From an uncultured Actinomycetes bacterium (GTDB lineage Bacteria > Actinomycetota > Acidimicrobiia > Spongiisociales > DATADW01): a stretch of DNA of 56,504 bases. The notes beneath the pieces are model-generated. The model was given only the letters and a program-made list of their open reading frames with translations. It was not told the DNA's origin and did not search any database. The first letter of the stretch is position 1; the number at the start of each line of letters is the position of its first letter. This document shows positions 42,540-52,125 of this stretch, piece after piece. A program made the translations under genes and the position numbers. The stretch is taken from the NCBI GenBank assembly GCA_963824995.1, contig CAWGRK010000016.1, positions 62,001 to 118,504 on the forward strand, given 5' to 3'.

Positions 42540-43682
42540 ATGAGCCCGATGAAGCTGGTGGTCACCGCGTTCGTCACGGTCGACGGCGTCATCGAGGCAC
42601 CTGGCTTTGACGAACATCGGGACGGCAAGAATGCCTGGGCTCTCCGGGTCCAGAACGAGGAGGACGGTTGGTTCAACCGGAACCACGTCTTCAGCGCAGA
42701 TGCCTTCCTCCTCGGTCGCAAGACCTATCAGATCTGGGCCGCCTTCTGGCCGACCGCCACGGGCGACGAGGAGTTGGTGACGCGGATGAACGAGATCCCA
42801 AAGTACGTGGTCTCGAACACCCTCACCCGCGCCGACTGGGCCAACTCCACCATCTTCAGCGGTGACGTCGTCTCTCAGATCGCTCGGCTCAAGGAGCGGT
42901 CCGAAGGCGACCTGCTTGTCTACGGGAGCCCCGACCTGGTCGACACGCTGCTCGTCAACGAGCTGATCGACGAGTTCCGGCTCCTCTTCTACCCGGTGAT
43001 CCTCGGTAGCGGGAAGCACCTGTTTCGGGATGGCATCGAAACCCACCATCTCCGACTGGTCGAGTCTCGAACCTTCAGTTCAGGAGTCGTTCTCCTCACC
43101 TACCAGCCCGAATCGGAAGCGCCCACCAGTCAATTCGTGGAGGACTATTCCTGGACTCAGGAGCAGGTGCGCTCCTTGCAAGCCGCCCAGGACGTGGACC
43201 GGGTCCTGGCCACGGTGCTGTTCACCGACCTGGTCGATTCGACCGGGCAGGCCGCCGCCCGCGGCGATCGGGCGTGGCGTCAACTCCTCGACCGCCACGA
43301 CCACGCTTCGCGTACCGAGGTCGAGCGGTGGATGGGTCGCTACATCAAGAGCACCGGTGATGGGATGCTGGCCACGTTCGATGCGCCCACCCGAGCATTG
43401 CGCTGCGCCTTCGAGCTACGCGAGGCGGTGGCCCGCATGGGATTGCAGGTGCGGGCAGCCATCCACAGCGGTGAGGTGGAGCGTCGCCAGGACGATGTCG
43501 GCGGGATCGGAGTCCACATCGCCTCCCGCGCCCTCGGCGCAGCCGGACCCGATCAGGTGGTGGTGACGCGCACCGTGCGAGACCTGGCCACCGGGACCGA
43601 CCTTCAGTTCGTCCCGCTCGGCAAGGTCAGCCTGCGTGGTGTCCCCGGTCAGTGGGAGCTCTTCGAGGCATCGCTCTCCTAG
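42540..43682 (+). CDS. Dihydrofolate reductase-like (RibD C-terminal) domain fused to class III adenylate/guanylate cyclase
   Basis: FVTVDGVIE, LLGRKTY, PKYVVS, IDEFRL..YPVILGSG; then ATVLFTDLVDST, KSTGDG, HSGEVE, GIGVHIASR, LRGVPGQW. Confidence 0.88.
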   Translation: MSPMKLVVTAFVTVDGVIEAPGFDEHRDGKNAWALRVQNEEDGWFNRNHVFSADAFLLGRKTYQIWAAFWPTATGDEELVTRMNEIPKYVVSNTLTRADWANSTIFSGDVVSQIARLKERSEGDLLVYGSPDLVDTLLVNELIDEFRLLFYPVILGSGKHLFRDGIETHHLRLVESRTFSSGVVLLTYQPESEAPTSQFVEDYSWTQEQVRSLQAAQDVDRVLATVLFTDLVDSTGQAAARGDRAWRQLLDRHDHASRTEVERWMGRYIKSTGDGMLATFDAPTRALRCAFELREAVARMGLQVRAAIHSGEVERRQDDVGGIGVHIASRALGAAGPDQVVVTRTVRDLATGTDLQFVPLGKVSLRGVPGQWELFEASLS

Positions 43683-43700
43683 GAGGTCAGGGGACGGAAG

Positions 43701-44691
43701 TCAAGGGGTGGCGACGCGTCGGCCAGACTCGAACGATTCGATAGACGCGTGTGCAAGCTGCAGTGCCCTTCGTCCGGCGCGGGCATGGATCGGGGGTTCA
43801 TCGCCATTGCGCGAAAGCGACAAGAAGGTCGTCGAGGTATCGATCGAACATCTCATGGAACGCCCGATCTCTGTCGTTGAAGTAACCCGCTTCCCACACA
43901 GTGGAGTGCTCGTCGCCCGCCTTGCTGAACACGTAGCGACGAACCGTATCCTCGACCAGCAACCGACCATGCGTGCCGTTGACCTCGAGGTAGTGGGTGT
44001 TTGGGTAGGCATAGGACGAGTCGTAGCTACCGACGAGACTCCCGACCGCGCCGGAAGAGAATCTGACGGCGATGGCCATCGTCGAGTTACCTAGGCCGGT
44101 GAGATTGTCGACCATCTGGGCCATGACGTTTTCGATCGGACCACATAGGTACTCGAGCATGTCGAAGCCGTGACATTGGGTCTCGATCAGATTCGCGTGA
44201 GGGTGTGCGCTCGTGCCCGCCTCGCCTCCGAATCGCCAGGTGGCAAAGACGGGCTGTCCCAATTCGCCATTTTCGATCGACTCGCGTGCCCGGCGAACAG
44301 GTACGGCGTAACGATGATTGAAATTGATGGCGAAGAAGAGAGAACGCTCCTCGTGCCTCGGCAAGTAGACGGTCGGCCTCGTCGAGATCGAAGACCAGCG
44401 GTTTCTCGACCAGAAGCGGGAATCCGGCCTCGATTGTCTTCATCGTCGTTTCGAAATGGCCCTCGTTGGGCAAGCACAACGACACCAGATCGGGTGTCTT
44501 CTCTTCTAGCATCTGGTGAAGATCGAGATAGGGTCGGTGCCAAATTCGGCGGCACGCTGTTCCGTCTTCTCCCGGGTTCGCCCGACGACCGCGACCAGCT
44601 CGGTGTCGGCACGGCGACTGAACAATCGCGCATGCTCTCGACCCCACCATTCCCCCGTTCCCACCACGGCCACTCGCACCGGGTCAGTCAT
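43701..44691 (-). CDS. Gfo/Idh/MocA family oxidoreductase (frameshifted)
   Basis: RVAVVGTGEWWG (ORF 44506), LLVEKP (ORF 44087), NFNHRY...ETQCHGFD (ORF 43798), C-terminus GRRALQLAHASIESF (ORF 43701). Confidence 0.85.
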
Positions 44692-45788
44692 TGTTCTGAT
44701 CTCCTTTTGTCAGCCCCTTCCAGGACTCCCGAAGATGATTGGCGGCTCGCTCGGGGACAACGTCGTTGATGAAGGCGCCTGCGGCAGATTCGCTGGATGC
44801 CAGGTATTTCAGCTTGCCCGGTGCTCTCCTCGGCGAAACGACCTCGATTCGGAGATGTGAAAGCTCACGCATCTCATGGATCGGAGCCTGAAAGAGGGTC
44901 GAAAGATAGGGCATGGGTTCGTCGAAGAGCCCATCGAATGCCGCAGTGACATCGGCTTGGAGACGAAGCAGCTCGCGGCGTTCGTCTCTTGTCAGGTCGC
45001 CGAGGTCGGCAACGTGTGCTCGTGGCTGAATGTGGGTCTCGTATGGCCACCGTGCCGCTGATGGCACATAGGCGACAAAGTTGGCCGTCTCGGCAACGAT
45101 GCGCCGACCATCCTCGATCTCGGCGTCGAGCACCGCACAAAAGAGACACATGTCGTGGTCGACTCGAAAGCGAGCCGCCGCTTGGAGAGCCCGTTTCGGC
45201 TTCGGCGGGATGAAGGGATAGGCGTAGATCTGCCCATGAGGATGGTGGAGCGTCACTCCTACGTCGGATCCTCGATTCTCGAAGACCAGCACGTATTCGA
45301 CCCCGGGCAAATGTGACAGCTCCTGCGTCCGATCGACGATCGAATCAGCGATCGTGCCCAGACGCTCGTCCGACAGGTAGGAGAACGAGGTCTCGTGGTC
45401 GCTGCTGAAACAGATGACCTCGCATTGGCCCACGCCGCCGGCGACACGAAGCAGACCGCTGTGACCTGTGGTCTTTGGCAATGAGGTCAATGACGGGAAG
45501 CGGTTCTCGAAAACGACCACGTCGTAGTCGGAGGCAGGGATCTCGCTGGCGTGGCCGCTGGGTGCTCGGACAGAGCGGGCATTCGTCGAGAGGTGGGAGA
45601 TGGGTCCTCGCTTGACGGTGCGACGCCACTATCACCCACTCCTCCTGCAGGGGATCGAAGCGCAATTCGGAGTCAGTGGAGGATGGCCCGAGATCGCGCG
45701 TGTCGACCTCGGGATGGCCACCGGGGGCTCGGTCGTCGAAGTAGATCAGGGCGCGACCGTCGGCCAGGCTGGTCGAACTCTTGGCCAT
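44684..45788 (-). CDS. galT: Galactose-1-phosphate uridylyltransferase (frameshift near 45560)
   Basis: LADGRALIYFD, ELRFDPL..EWV..ASHRQARTHLP...CPLCP, VVFENRFPSL, FENRG..VGVTLHHPHGQIYA, KLKYLASSES. Confidence 0.93.
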
Positions 45789-45808
45789 GGGGTGGGTGTC
45801 CACCAGTG

Positions 45809-46849
45809 CTAGGTGACCTTTCCTGCTCTGCGGAGCTCGCGTTTGGCGAACAGGCTCTGCGCCGAGACAACGATGATGAGGAACGCTCCGCTGACGACCA
45901 GTTGGTGGTAGTAGCTGAGGGTTCCGACCTGGTTGATGAGATTCTCGATCACGCCGAGCAGGAGCACACCTGCGAGTGTCCCTGTCAGCCCACCGGACCC
46001 TCCGGTGAGCAGCGTCCCCCCGATGACAACGGCGGCTATCGCCTCCAACTCGAGGCCGGCGCCGATGGTGGAGAGACCCGATGACGACCTGGCGGCGACG
46101 AGGAGTCCGGCTACACCGCAGAGAAAGCCCATGAGCGTGTACAGGACGACCTTGACCCGGACCACCCGAACTCCCATGAGGAGCGCCGCCTCCTCGGAGC
46201 CACCGATGGCGTAGGTGCTGTAGCCGAATCGGGTCCGATACAGCAACACCATGCCCAACAGGAGTACCGCTAGAGCGATCCAGGCTGGCATGCCGACGCC
46301 GAGAAAGGTGGATTGCCCGAGGGCAACCACCCATTCACCTTCCGGGATCAAATGTGTGGTGTTGCCGTTGTCGGAAATCTTGAATGCGAGCCCGCGAGCG
46401 AAGAGCAGGCCTGCCAGGGTGACGATGAAAGGCGGCATCCGGCCCTTGCCGATCAGAAGCCCCTGGATCAGACCGATCGCGGTGCAGACAGCAAGAGGGA
46501 CGAGGATCGCCGGGCCGGAGCCCCACCTCGACGAGTAAGCCATCAGCACCGCGCCCAATGCCAGCATCGAGCCCACGGAGAGGTCGATTCCGCCGCTGAT
46601 GATCACAAAGGTCATTCCGATCGAGATGATCAGGAGGAACGAGCTTGCAACAGCCATGCTGGCGAAGTTCCGGGCGCTCAGGAACGTGCTGCCGAAGGCA
46701 ACCGCACCAACTGAGACCACGACGATGAGTACGGGGATCGCGGGAGTGCGTCTGAGATATGCCAGCGTGACTGGGACCAGGCCCTCCTGCTCCACATCGC
46801 CCTCCTGCGGGGGCGGGGCGGGAGGTCGAGAGAGGTCGAGCGCGCTCAT
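45809..46849 (-). CDS. Sugar ABC transporter permease (YjfF/RbsC-like)
   Basis: GMTFVIISGGIDLSVG, YAIGGSEEAALLMG, LEAIAAVVIGGT. Confidence 0.92.
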   Translation of the reverse strand: MSALDLSRPPAPPPQEGDVEQEGLVPVTLAYLRRTPAIPVLIVVVSVGAVAFGSTFLSARNFASMAVASSFLLIISIGMTFVIISGGIDLSVGSMLALGAVLMAYSSRWGSGPAILVPLAVCTAIGLIQGLLIGKGRMPPFIVTLAGLLFARGLAFKISDNGNTTHLIPEGEWVVALGQSTFLGVGMPAWIALAVLLLGMVLLYRTRFGYSTYAIGGSEEAALLMGVRVVRVKVVLYTLMGFLCGVAGLLVAARSSSGLSTIGAGLELEAIAAVVIGGTLLTGGSGGLTGTLAGVLLLGVIENLINQVGTLSYYHQLVVSGAFLIIVVSAQSLFAKRELRRAGKVT

Positions 46850-47811
46850 CTAGCGCCTCGATCGCGCTGGAAGTACACCGCGGCGATGATGATCGCCGCC
46901 TGAACCATCCTCGCGTCCGAGTCGGATAGGTCATGCCGGATGAGGGTCGAGAAGACCAACTGCATCAGCAGCGCGCCGGCGACAGTGCCGAGGATTCTGA
47001 CTTTGCCGCCTCTCAGCGGAGTTCCGCCAACCACGACTGCCGTTATCGCGCTGAGCTCGATCAATAGTCCAACGAAGCTCGGGTCTGCGGCGGCCGATCG
47101 GGCCGTGACCAACATTCCAGCGATTGCGGCGAAGACAGCACAGACCACATAGACGGCTAGCAGCACTCGACGAATCGGCAAACCGGCGCCGAGAGCCGCC
47201 CGAGGATTCCCGCCAATGGCGATCACATTTCTGCCGAACCGCGTTTGCCTCACCAACACTGCAGTAGCAACGGCCAGGATTCCGGCGATGAGCGCACCGA
47301 TCGGTACTCCCCAGAGTCTGTTCTGCCCGATGGCGCCAGCGTCGGATCGAAGATCTCGACCAGTCGTCCGCTGGTGAACGCGAGGGCAATGCCGCGCCCG
47401 GCCACGAACAGGCCGAGAGTGGCGATGATGGGCTGGATGCCTAGGAACGCCACCAGAGACCCATTGAGGAGACCCGGCCACCACCCCGACGACGAGCGCC
47501 ATGGCTATCGCCAGCCATGGACTCTGATCCACGAAGATGGCGACCATCGCAGCGGCAAGCGCCATGACTGCGCCCACCGAGAGATCGATGCCGGCTGTGC
47601 CGATCACCAACGCCATGCCCAAAGCGACTATCACCACAGGGGCCACCTGAACCAGCTGGAGCTGGAGGTTTCGCAACGATGCGAAGTTCGGGGTAGCTAT
47701 GAGGTTGAATATGACGACGACGGCAAGGGCAAGGTACACACCCTTCTCACGGACGAATTTCCAGACCCTGTCCGACGTGATCGAGGGCGCTGACCTGGTG
47801 AGTGCGGTCAC
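46846..47811 (-). CDS. Sugar ABC transporter permease (YtfT/RbsC-like; internal compensating frameshifts near 47470-47335)
   Basis: GMALVIGTAGIDLSVG, IQPIIATLGL in an alternate frame, AIGGNPRAA, ELSAITAVVVGGT. Confidence 0.9.
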   Translation of the reverse strand: MTALTRSAPSITSDRVWKFVREKGVYLALAVVVIFNLIATPNFASLRNLQLQLVQVAPVVIVALGMALVIGTAGIDLSVGAVMALAAAMVAIFVDQSPWLAIAMALVVGVVAGSPQWVSGGVPRHPAHHRHSRPVRGRARHCPRVHQRTTGRDLRSDAGAIGQNRLWGVPIGALIAGILAVATAVLVRQTRFGRNVIAIGGNPRAALGAGLPIRRVLLAVYVVCAVFAAIAGMLVTARSAAADPSFVGLLIELSAITAVVVGGTPLRGGKVRILGTVAGALLMQLVFSTLIRHDLSDSDARMVQAAIIIAAVYFQRDRGAR

Positions 47812-49364
47812 GATGACTGCTGCCGAGTTTCCGTGTCAGCATGCGCGATGAGGTCCATCACCGCGTCCTCGCTGATGGCATCAGCATCCAATTCGCCGAC
47901 GACCACTCCTTCCTTGAGCACGAATATGCGGTTCGAGCCCTCGATGACGTCCTCGAGCTCCGAGGAGATCAGGATGACCGCCAGGCCGTCGATGGCCAGT
48001 TCATCGATCAACGCCTGGATCTCGGCTTTGGCCCCGACATCTATTCCTCGCGTCGGCTCGTCGAGCAGGACGACCTCAGGATCGTTGCTGAGAAGTCTTG
48101 CGAGCAGGACCTTCTGCTGGTTGCCCCCGGAAAGCTCGCCAACGCTTTGATCCAGGTCGGTCACCTTGATCTGTAGGCGGTCGACGTACTTGCGGACGAT
48201 TGCTTCCGCCTTGGAATTCGACACGAATCCCCATCTGGCAACTGATCGGCCTGCCGCCAAGGTGATGTTGTCCTTGACCGACATGGTCGGAACGATGCCT
48301 TCGGCCTTCCGGTCTTCTGGAAGCAGGCCCACACCCTTCGACATGGCCGCGGCGGGGGAGCCACGCTTGAGAGTCGATTTCTTCACTCTTATGTCACCGT
48401 CGTCGAGCCGCAACAATCCGAAGATCCCCTGAACAGTCTCACTACGGCCCGACCCGAGGAGACCTGCCAGTCCAACGACCTCTCCTGCACGCACATCCAG
48501 GGAAACGTGGGTGAGGACGCGGTGCCGAGTCAAGCCGTTGGCTACCAGCACTGGCTCGGTGCCGATGCGCCGGCCATCGAGGTTGAAAGCGGTCTTGCCC
48601 GAAGAGCGAACGTCCTGAACGTCTCGCCCGAGCATGGTGGCAACCAGTTCCAGACGGGTGATGTCTGTGACCGGTCCTGTGTGTACCAACCGACCATCAC
48701 GCAGTGCGGTCACCTGATCGCAGAGTTCGAATATCTCGTCGAGGTCGTGGCTCACGTATAGAAGGGCCACACCGTCGTCTCGAAGGATTCGGATCACCCG
48801 AAACAGCTGCTCTACTTCGTTGGGCTCCAGTGACGAAGTGGGTTCGTCGAGAATCACGACCTTCGCATCAGTGGACACCGCCCGGACGATGGAAATCATC
48901 TGCTGCACGGCGACGCCGACCGAGCCGAGAGGGCGCCGTTCGTCGACAGCGATGCCATATCGACGAAGGAGGCGAGCCGCGTCTGCATTCATCTTCTTGA
49001 CATCGACCAGCCCAAACCTCCGCGTCGGCTCCCGACCCAGCAGGAGATTCTGAGCGATGCTCATGAAGGGCTCGAGGTTGATCTCCTGAAACGTGGTGCT
49101 GATACCGGCTTCCCAGGCCTGACGAGGGCCGGCAAAGGCAACGGGCTCTCCCTCCAGTCGCAACTCACCCTCATCAGCTCGGTAGACCCCGTTGATCAGC
49201 TTGATCAGCGTCGACTTCCCAGCGCCGTTCTCACCGACCAATGCATGAACGGACCCGGGTTGGATGTCGAGAGAGACCGAATCGAGGGCGGTGACCCCTG
49301 GGAACCGCTTGGTGAGGTTGATCGCTTGGAGCGTCGGTTCGCCAGGGGCCACGGGAGTCACCAC
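47808..49364 (-). CDS. Sugar ABC transporter ATP-binding protein (two NBDs)
   Basis: GENGAGKST, ILDEPTS, LSGGNQQKV, LLDEPTRGIDVGAK. Confidence 0.95.
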   Translation of the reverse strand: MVTPVAPGEPTLQAINLTKRFPGVTALDSVSLDIQPGSVHALVGENGAGKSTLIKLINGVYRADEGELRLEGEPVAFAGPRQAWEAGISTTFQEINLEPFMSIAQNLLLGREPTRRFGLVDVKKMNADAARLLRRYGIAVDERRPLGSVGVAVQQMISIVRAVSTDAKVVILDEPTSSLEPNEVEQLFRVIRILRDDGVALLYVSHDLDEIFELCDQVTALRDGRLVHTGPVTDITRLELVATMLGRDVQDVRSSGKTAFNLDGRRIGTEPVLVANGLTRHRVLTHVSLDVRAGEVVGLAGLLGSGRSETVQGIFGLLRLDDGDIRVKKSTLKRGSPAAAMSKGVGLLPEDRKAEGIVPTMSVKDNITLAAGRSVARWGFVSNSKAEAIVRKYVDRLQIKVTDLDQSVGELSGGNQQKVLLARLLSNDPEVVLLDEPTRGIDVGAKAEIQALIDELAIDGLAVILISSELEDVIEGSNRIFVLKEGVVVGELDADAISEDAVMDLIAHADTETRQQSS

Positions 49365-49414
49365 CCTCGTCTTCGTGAAAGGGCCAGAGAGAGTCTCGCG
49401 CGCTTAGGGGATGG

Positions 49415-50614
49415 TTAGTACGCGTTGGGCAGTTCGTCCTCGGCGTTCTCGGGGGTGTACTCCTTGTCAGAGATGATGGTCACCTCGGGCACTCCCTCTC
49501 CGTTGTAGAAGAGGTCGAGAGCACGGAAGGCGAGCGGTCCGAATCGGGGGTTCGACTCGATCACGCCGGAGATCCAGCCATCGATGATTCCTTGGACCGC
49601 ACCCTGTGTGCCATCGATCGTGATGATGGCGACATCACCGGGGGCATAATTGGCGGCCTGAAGGGCGGCAACGGCTCCCAGCGCCATCTCGTCATTGTGG
49701 GCGTAGATCGCGGTGATCTCCGGGTTGCTCGTGATGAGCTGCTCGGTCACCGTCTGCCCCATGGCCCTCTCGTAGTTGGCCGCCTGTTGGGCGACGATCT
49801 CGAGGTTCGAGTCCGCCGACTCGAGCTGCTCGAGGAAGCCGTTGTTGCGGTCGGTGGTGACGTTCACACCAGGTGCACCGAGGAGGATGGCGACATTCCC
49901 TTCATCGCCGGTGACACGCATCATCGCATCAGCGGCTCGTCGACCCTGCTCGACGAAGTCGGAACCGATCCAACCGATGTAGTCGGTGCATGCCGTCTTC
50001 GTCGTCAAGCGACGATCGATCGTCATGATCGGGACACCGGCCTCTTGGGCATAGGTGAGTGCCGGGTCGAGCCCCTCGGAGTTCAACGGCGAGATGATGA
50101 GAGCATCCGCGCCCTGATCCACCATGCTCTGAATGTCCGAGATCTCCTTGTTCAAGTCGGACTCGGCGTTGGTGGTTATCAGTTCGACTCCGAGCCGTTC
50201 AGCCTCGCTAACGATGGACTCGGTCTCCGCAATCCGGAACGGGTTGGCTTCCCGTTCTGACTGGGCGAAGCCGACCAGACCACTGAGGAGGTCGACATGC
50301 TCGACACCGCCGTTGTAGTCGCCGAACACGCAGGTGTCGCCCTCTGTCCGGTCAACCTGTTGCGCAGCCTCGTCGGTTTCCAGACCTCCGCTGGCAGTGG
50401 TCTCGGTTTCGCCGGCGACGGTGGTGGCGGCTGCGGCGGCGGTGGTCGGGGCTGCAGTCGCTTCCGTCGCCTCGGTGGTCTCAGTGCTCGCCGACGTCGT
50501 CTCCGTTGCTCCAGCAGTGGTGGTGTCGCCTCCCGTCGTGCCGCAGGCGGCAACGAGCAGGGCGAACATCGCTACCAGCATCCCGGTCTTCGCCACGATT
50601 CGGTCCTGTCGCAT
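49415..50614 (-). CDS. Sugar ABC transporter substrate-binding lipoprotein (YtfQ/RbsB-like)
   Basis: Lipobox LVAA-C, Thr/Ala-rich linker, GFAQSE...FRIAETES, IGSDFVEQG, AHNDEMALGA. Confidence 0.9.
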   Translation of the reverse strand: MRQDRIVAKTGMLVAMFALLVAACGTTGGDTTTAGATETTSASTETTEATEATAAPTTAAAAATTVAGETETTASGGLETDEAAQQVDRTEGDTCVFGDYNGGVEHVDLLSGLVGFAQSEREANPFRIAETESIVSEAERLGVELITTNAESDLNKEISDIQSMVDQGADALIISPLNSEGLDPALTYAQEAGVPIMTIDRRLTTKTACTDYIGWIGSDFVEQGRRAADAMMRVTGDEGNVAILLGAPGVNVTTDRNNGFLEQLESADSNLEIVAQQAANYERAMGQTVTEQLITSNPEITAIYAHNDEMALGAVAALQAANYAPGDVAIITIDGTQGAVQGIIDGWISGVIESNPRFGPLAFRALDLFYNGEGVPEVTIISDKEYTPENAEDELPNAY

Positions 50615-50691
50615 GGATGGTCCTCCTCCGGTGCTCTGCGGGGCAACTCACGTCGTGCAAAATCGAACGAGAGTTACCAACTACGATCGTT

Positions 50692-50720
50692 ACGGTATCA
50701 AGTCTGATCAATTGCGTCAA
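50692..50720 (-). promoter_or_regulatory. Housekeeping sigma70-type promoter for the ABC operon
   Basis: Minus strand reads TTGACG (50720-50715), 17 nt, TACCGT (50697-50692). Confidence 0.6.
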
Positions 50721-50819
50721 CCGCCTGCGAGAGTGGTTTACCGTTGGGGCCGGGTGAGCAGGGGAAAACACCAGGATTGGCTCGGAGGAGCGTCCCTGCG
50801 TCGGATTGATAACAGACTG

Positions 50820-50848
50820 TTCAAAAACGATCAGAAATGATATACACT
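50820..50848 (+). promoter_or_regulatory. Probable leaderless promoter of the DeoR gene
   Basis: TTCAAA (50820-50825), 17 nt, TACACT (50843-50848), 6 nt before ATG 50855; no SD. Confidence 0.55.
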
Positions 50849-50854
50849 GGCTGA

Positions 50855-51652
50855 ATGATCCCGGCTGAGCGACGCAGGTTGATTCTCTCGAGGACGAGGA
50901 CGGCGGGCGTGGTCTCCATCCCATCGCTGGCTGATGAACTCGGCGTCTCTGCGCTAACCGTGCGACGGGATCTGAAGAGGATGGCCGACGAAGGTCTGCT
51001 CGTCAGAACTCGAGGTGGCGCATCCATCCGCGATTCGCTAGCCAGAGAGTTGAGCTATCTGGAAAAGGCGGCAGAAGCCCACGAAGAGAAAGTGGTGATC
51101 GCCGCCGCGGCGGCATCCCTGATCGAGCCTGGGGACTCGATAATCCTCGGACCCGGCACTTCTACTTTGGAGCTCGCCAAACAGATCATGCTGGTTCCCG
51201 ATCTCACGGTGGTTACCAATTCGCTGCTCGTCATCGACGCCATGATGAATGTCTCGAATATCCAGATCGTTGCCACGGCCGGTTCCTTGCGGCGCTCGAT
51301 CCGTGCGCTGGTCGGCCCGCTGACCGAAGAGGGCCTCCGCTCTTTGCGGGTGAACAAGGTGTTCATGTCGGGGAACGGTGTGTCCAGAAGCCGCGGCTTG
51401 ACCACTCCTGAGGTGATCGTGGCCTCATCTGACCGGGCCCTGGCCGAAGCCGGCGAGCAACGGATCGTGCTCGCCGACTACACGAAGATCGGGCGAGACA
51501 CCATGTGGCAGACGATCAGTGTCGACGCGATCGACGTACTGGTCACGGACGACAAGGCGGATCACGCCGAGCTCGATGCTCTTCGTCGCGAGGGCGTTGA
51601 CGTGATGATTGCAACGGTCCACTCATCGTCGGGGACGAACGCACAGGTGTGA
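50855..51652 (+). CDS. DeoR/GlpR family transcriptional regulator
   Basis: ERRRLIL, LGVSALTVRRDL, RTRGGA, GPGTSTLELA, VVTNS, VLADYTKIG. Confidence 0.95.
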   Translation: MIPAERRRLILSRTRTAGVVSIPSLADELGVSALTVRRDLKRMADEGLLVRTRGGASIRDSLARELSYLEKAAEAHEEKVVIAAAAASLIEPGDSIILGPGTSTLELAKQIMLVPDLTVVTNSLLVIDAMMNVSNIQIVATAGSLRRSIRALVGPLTEEGLRSLRVNKVFMSGNGVSRSRGLTTPEVIVASSDRALAEAGEQRIVLADYTKIGRDTMWQTISVDAIDVLVTDDKADHAELDALRREGVDVMIATVHSSSGTNAQV

Positions 51653-51784
51653 GCCGGGGCTCTCCTCTCGCTCTCTTTATTGACTGCTGCCTCATCGCCG
51701 ACCGAGACCCCGATCTACGCGGCCGCCTAACATGACGAGCGCCGCTGGTCTTCGCCGGCTACCCCTGCGAGACTGCAGGTCCTT

Positions 51785-51858
51785 GCGCCCGTAGCTCAAT
51801 TGGATAGAGCGTCTGACTACGGATCAGGAGGTTGGGGGTTCGAGTCCCTCCGGGCGTG
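51785..51858 (+). tRNA. trnR: tRNA-Arg(ACG), CCA not encoded
   Basis: Acceptor GCGCCCG/CGGGCGT, D-arm TAGCTCAATTGGATAGAGC, anticodon loop CTACGGA (ACG at 51819-51821), T-loop GTTCGAGTC. Confidence 0.97.
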
Positions 51859-51863
51859 CTAGG

Positions 51864-51891
51864 CGAAACTCCTGCGTGAGCGGGGGTTTCG
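51864..51891 (+). terminator. Hairpin downstream of tRNA (terminator-like)
   Basis: CGAAACTCCTGC-GTGA-GCGGGGGTTTCG, 12-bp stem with two G-U pairs; no clear U tract. Confidence 0.5.
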
Positions 51892-51931
51892 GCGCGTCGG
51901 GGGTGTGCACCCTTGTCGACGGTCATGCTGT

Positions 51932-52078
51932 GAGAGCCATTCTGGGGAGCCATTCCTCCGCGTCGGCAGCAAGAGGCTATGGATCCGGGCGGACGGGCGT
52001 GGACGCCGGTGGAGTCGAACCCCCGGCGTTACGGCGTTCGTGGACGGGTGTAGACACCCGTGGACACGGCTTGGAGAT
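51932..52078 (+). repeat. att-arm-like region 1: GAGCCA repeats plus 10-bp-phased YGGA repeats
   Basis: GAGCCA at 51934 and 51947; YGGA-type motifs at 51980, 51990, 52000, 52010, then 52041, 52051 (TAGAC), 52061, 52072. Confidence 0.75.
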
Positions 52079-52125
52079 CTGCGGATCAGGAGGTTGGGGG
52101 TTCGAGTCCCGCCGGGCGTGCTAGG
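52079..52125 (+). repeat. Direct repeat of the tRNA-Arg 3' half (attR-like copy 1)
   Basis: 45/47 identical to 51817-51863, beginning at the anticodon loop. Confidence 0.92.

Noticed and set aside
2981..47811. Pseudogenes or programmed frameshifting in the split genes
   Set aside because: Breaks are scattered over unrelated genes with intact catalytic motifs and no consistent slippery signal; sequencing error is more parsimonious.
52040..52125. Additional tRNA genes at the two repeat copies
   Set aside because: Only the anticodon loop to 3' end is present; the 5' acceptor strand and D-arm are missing.
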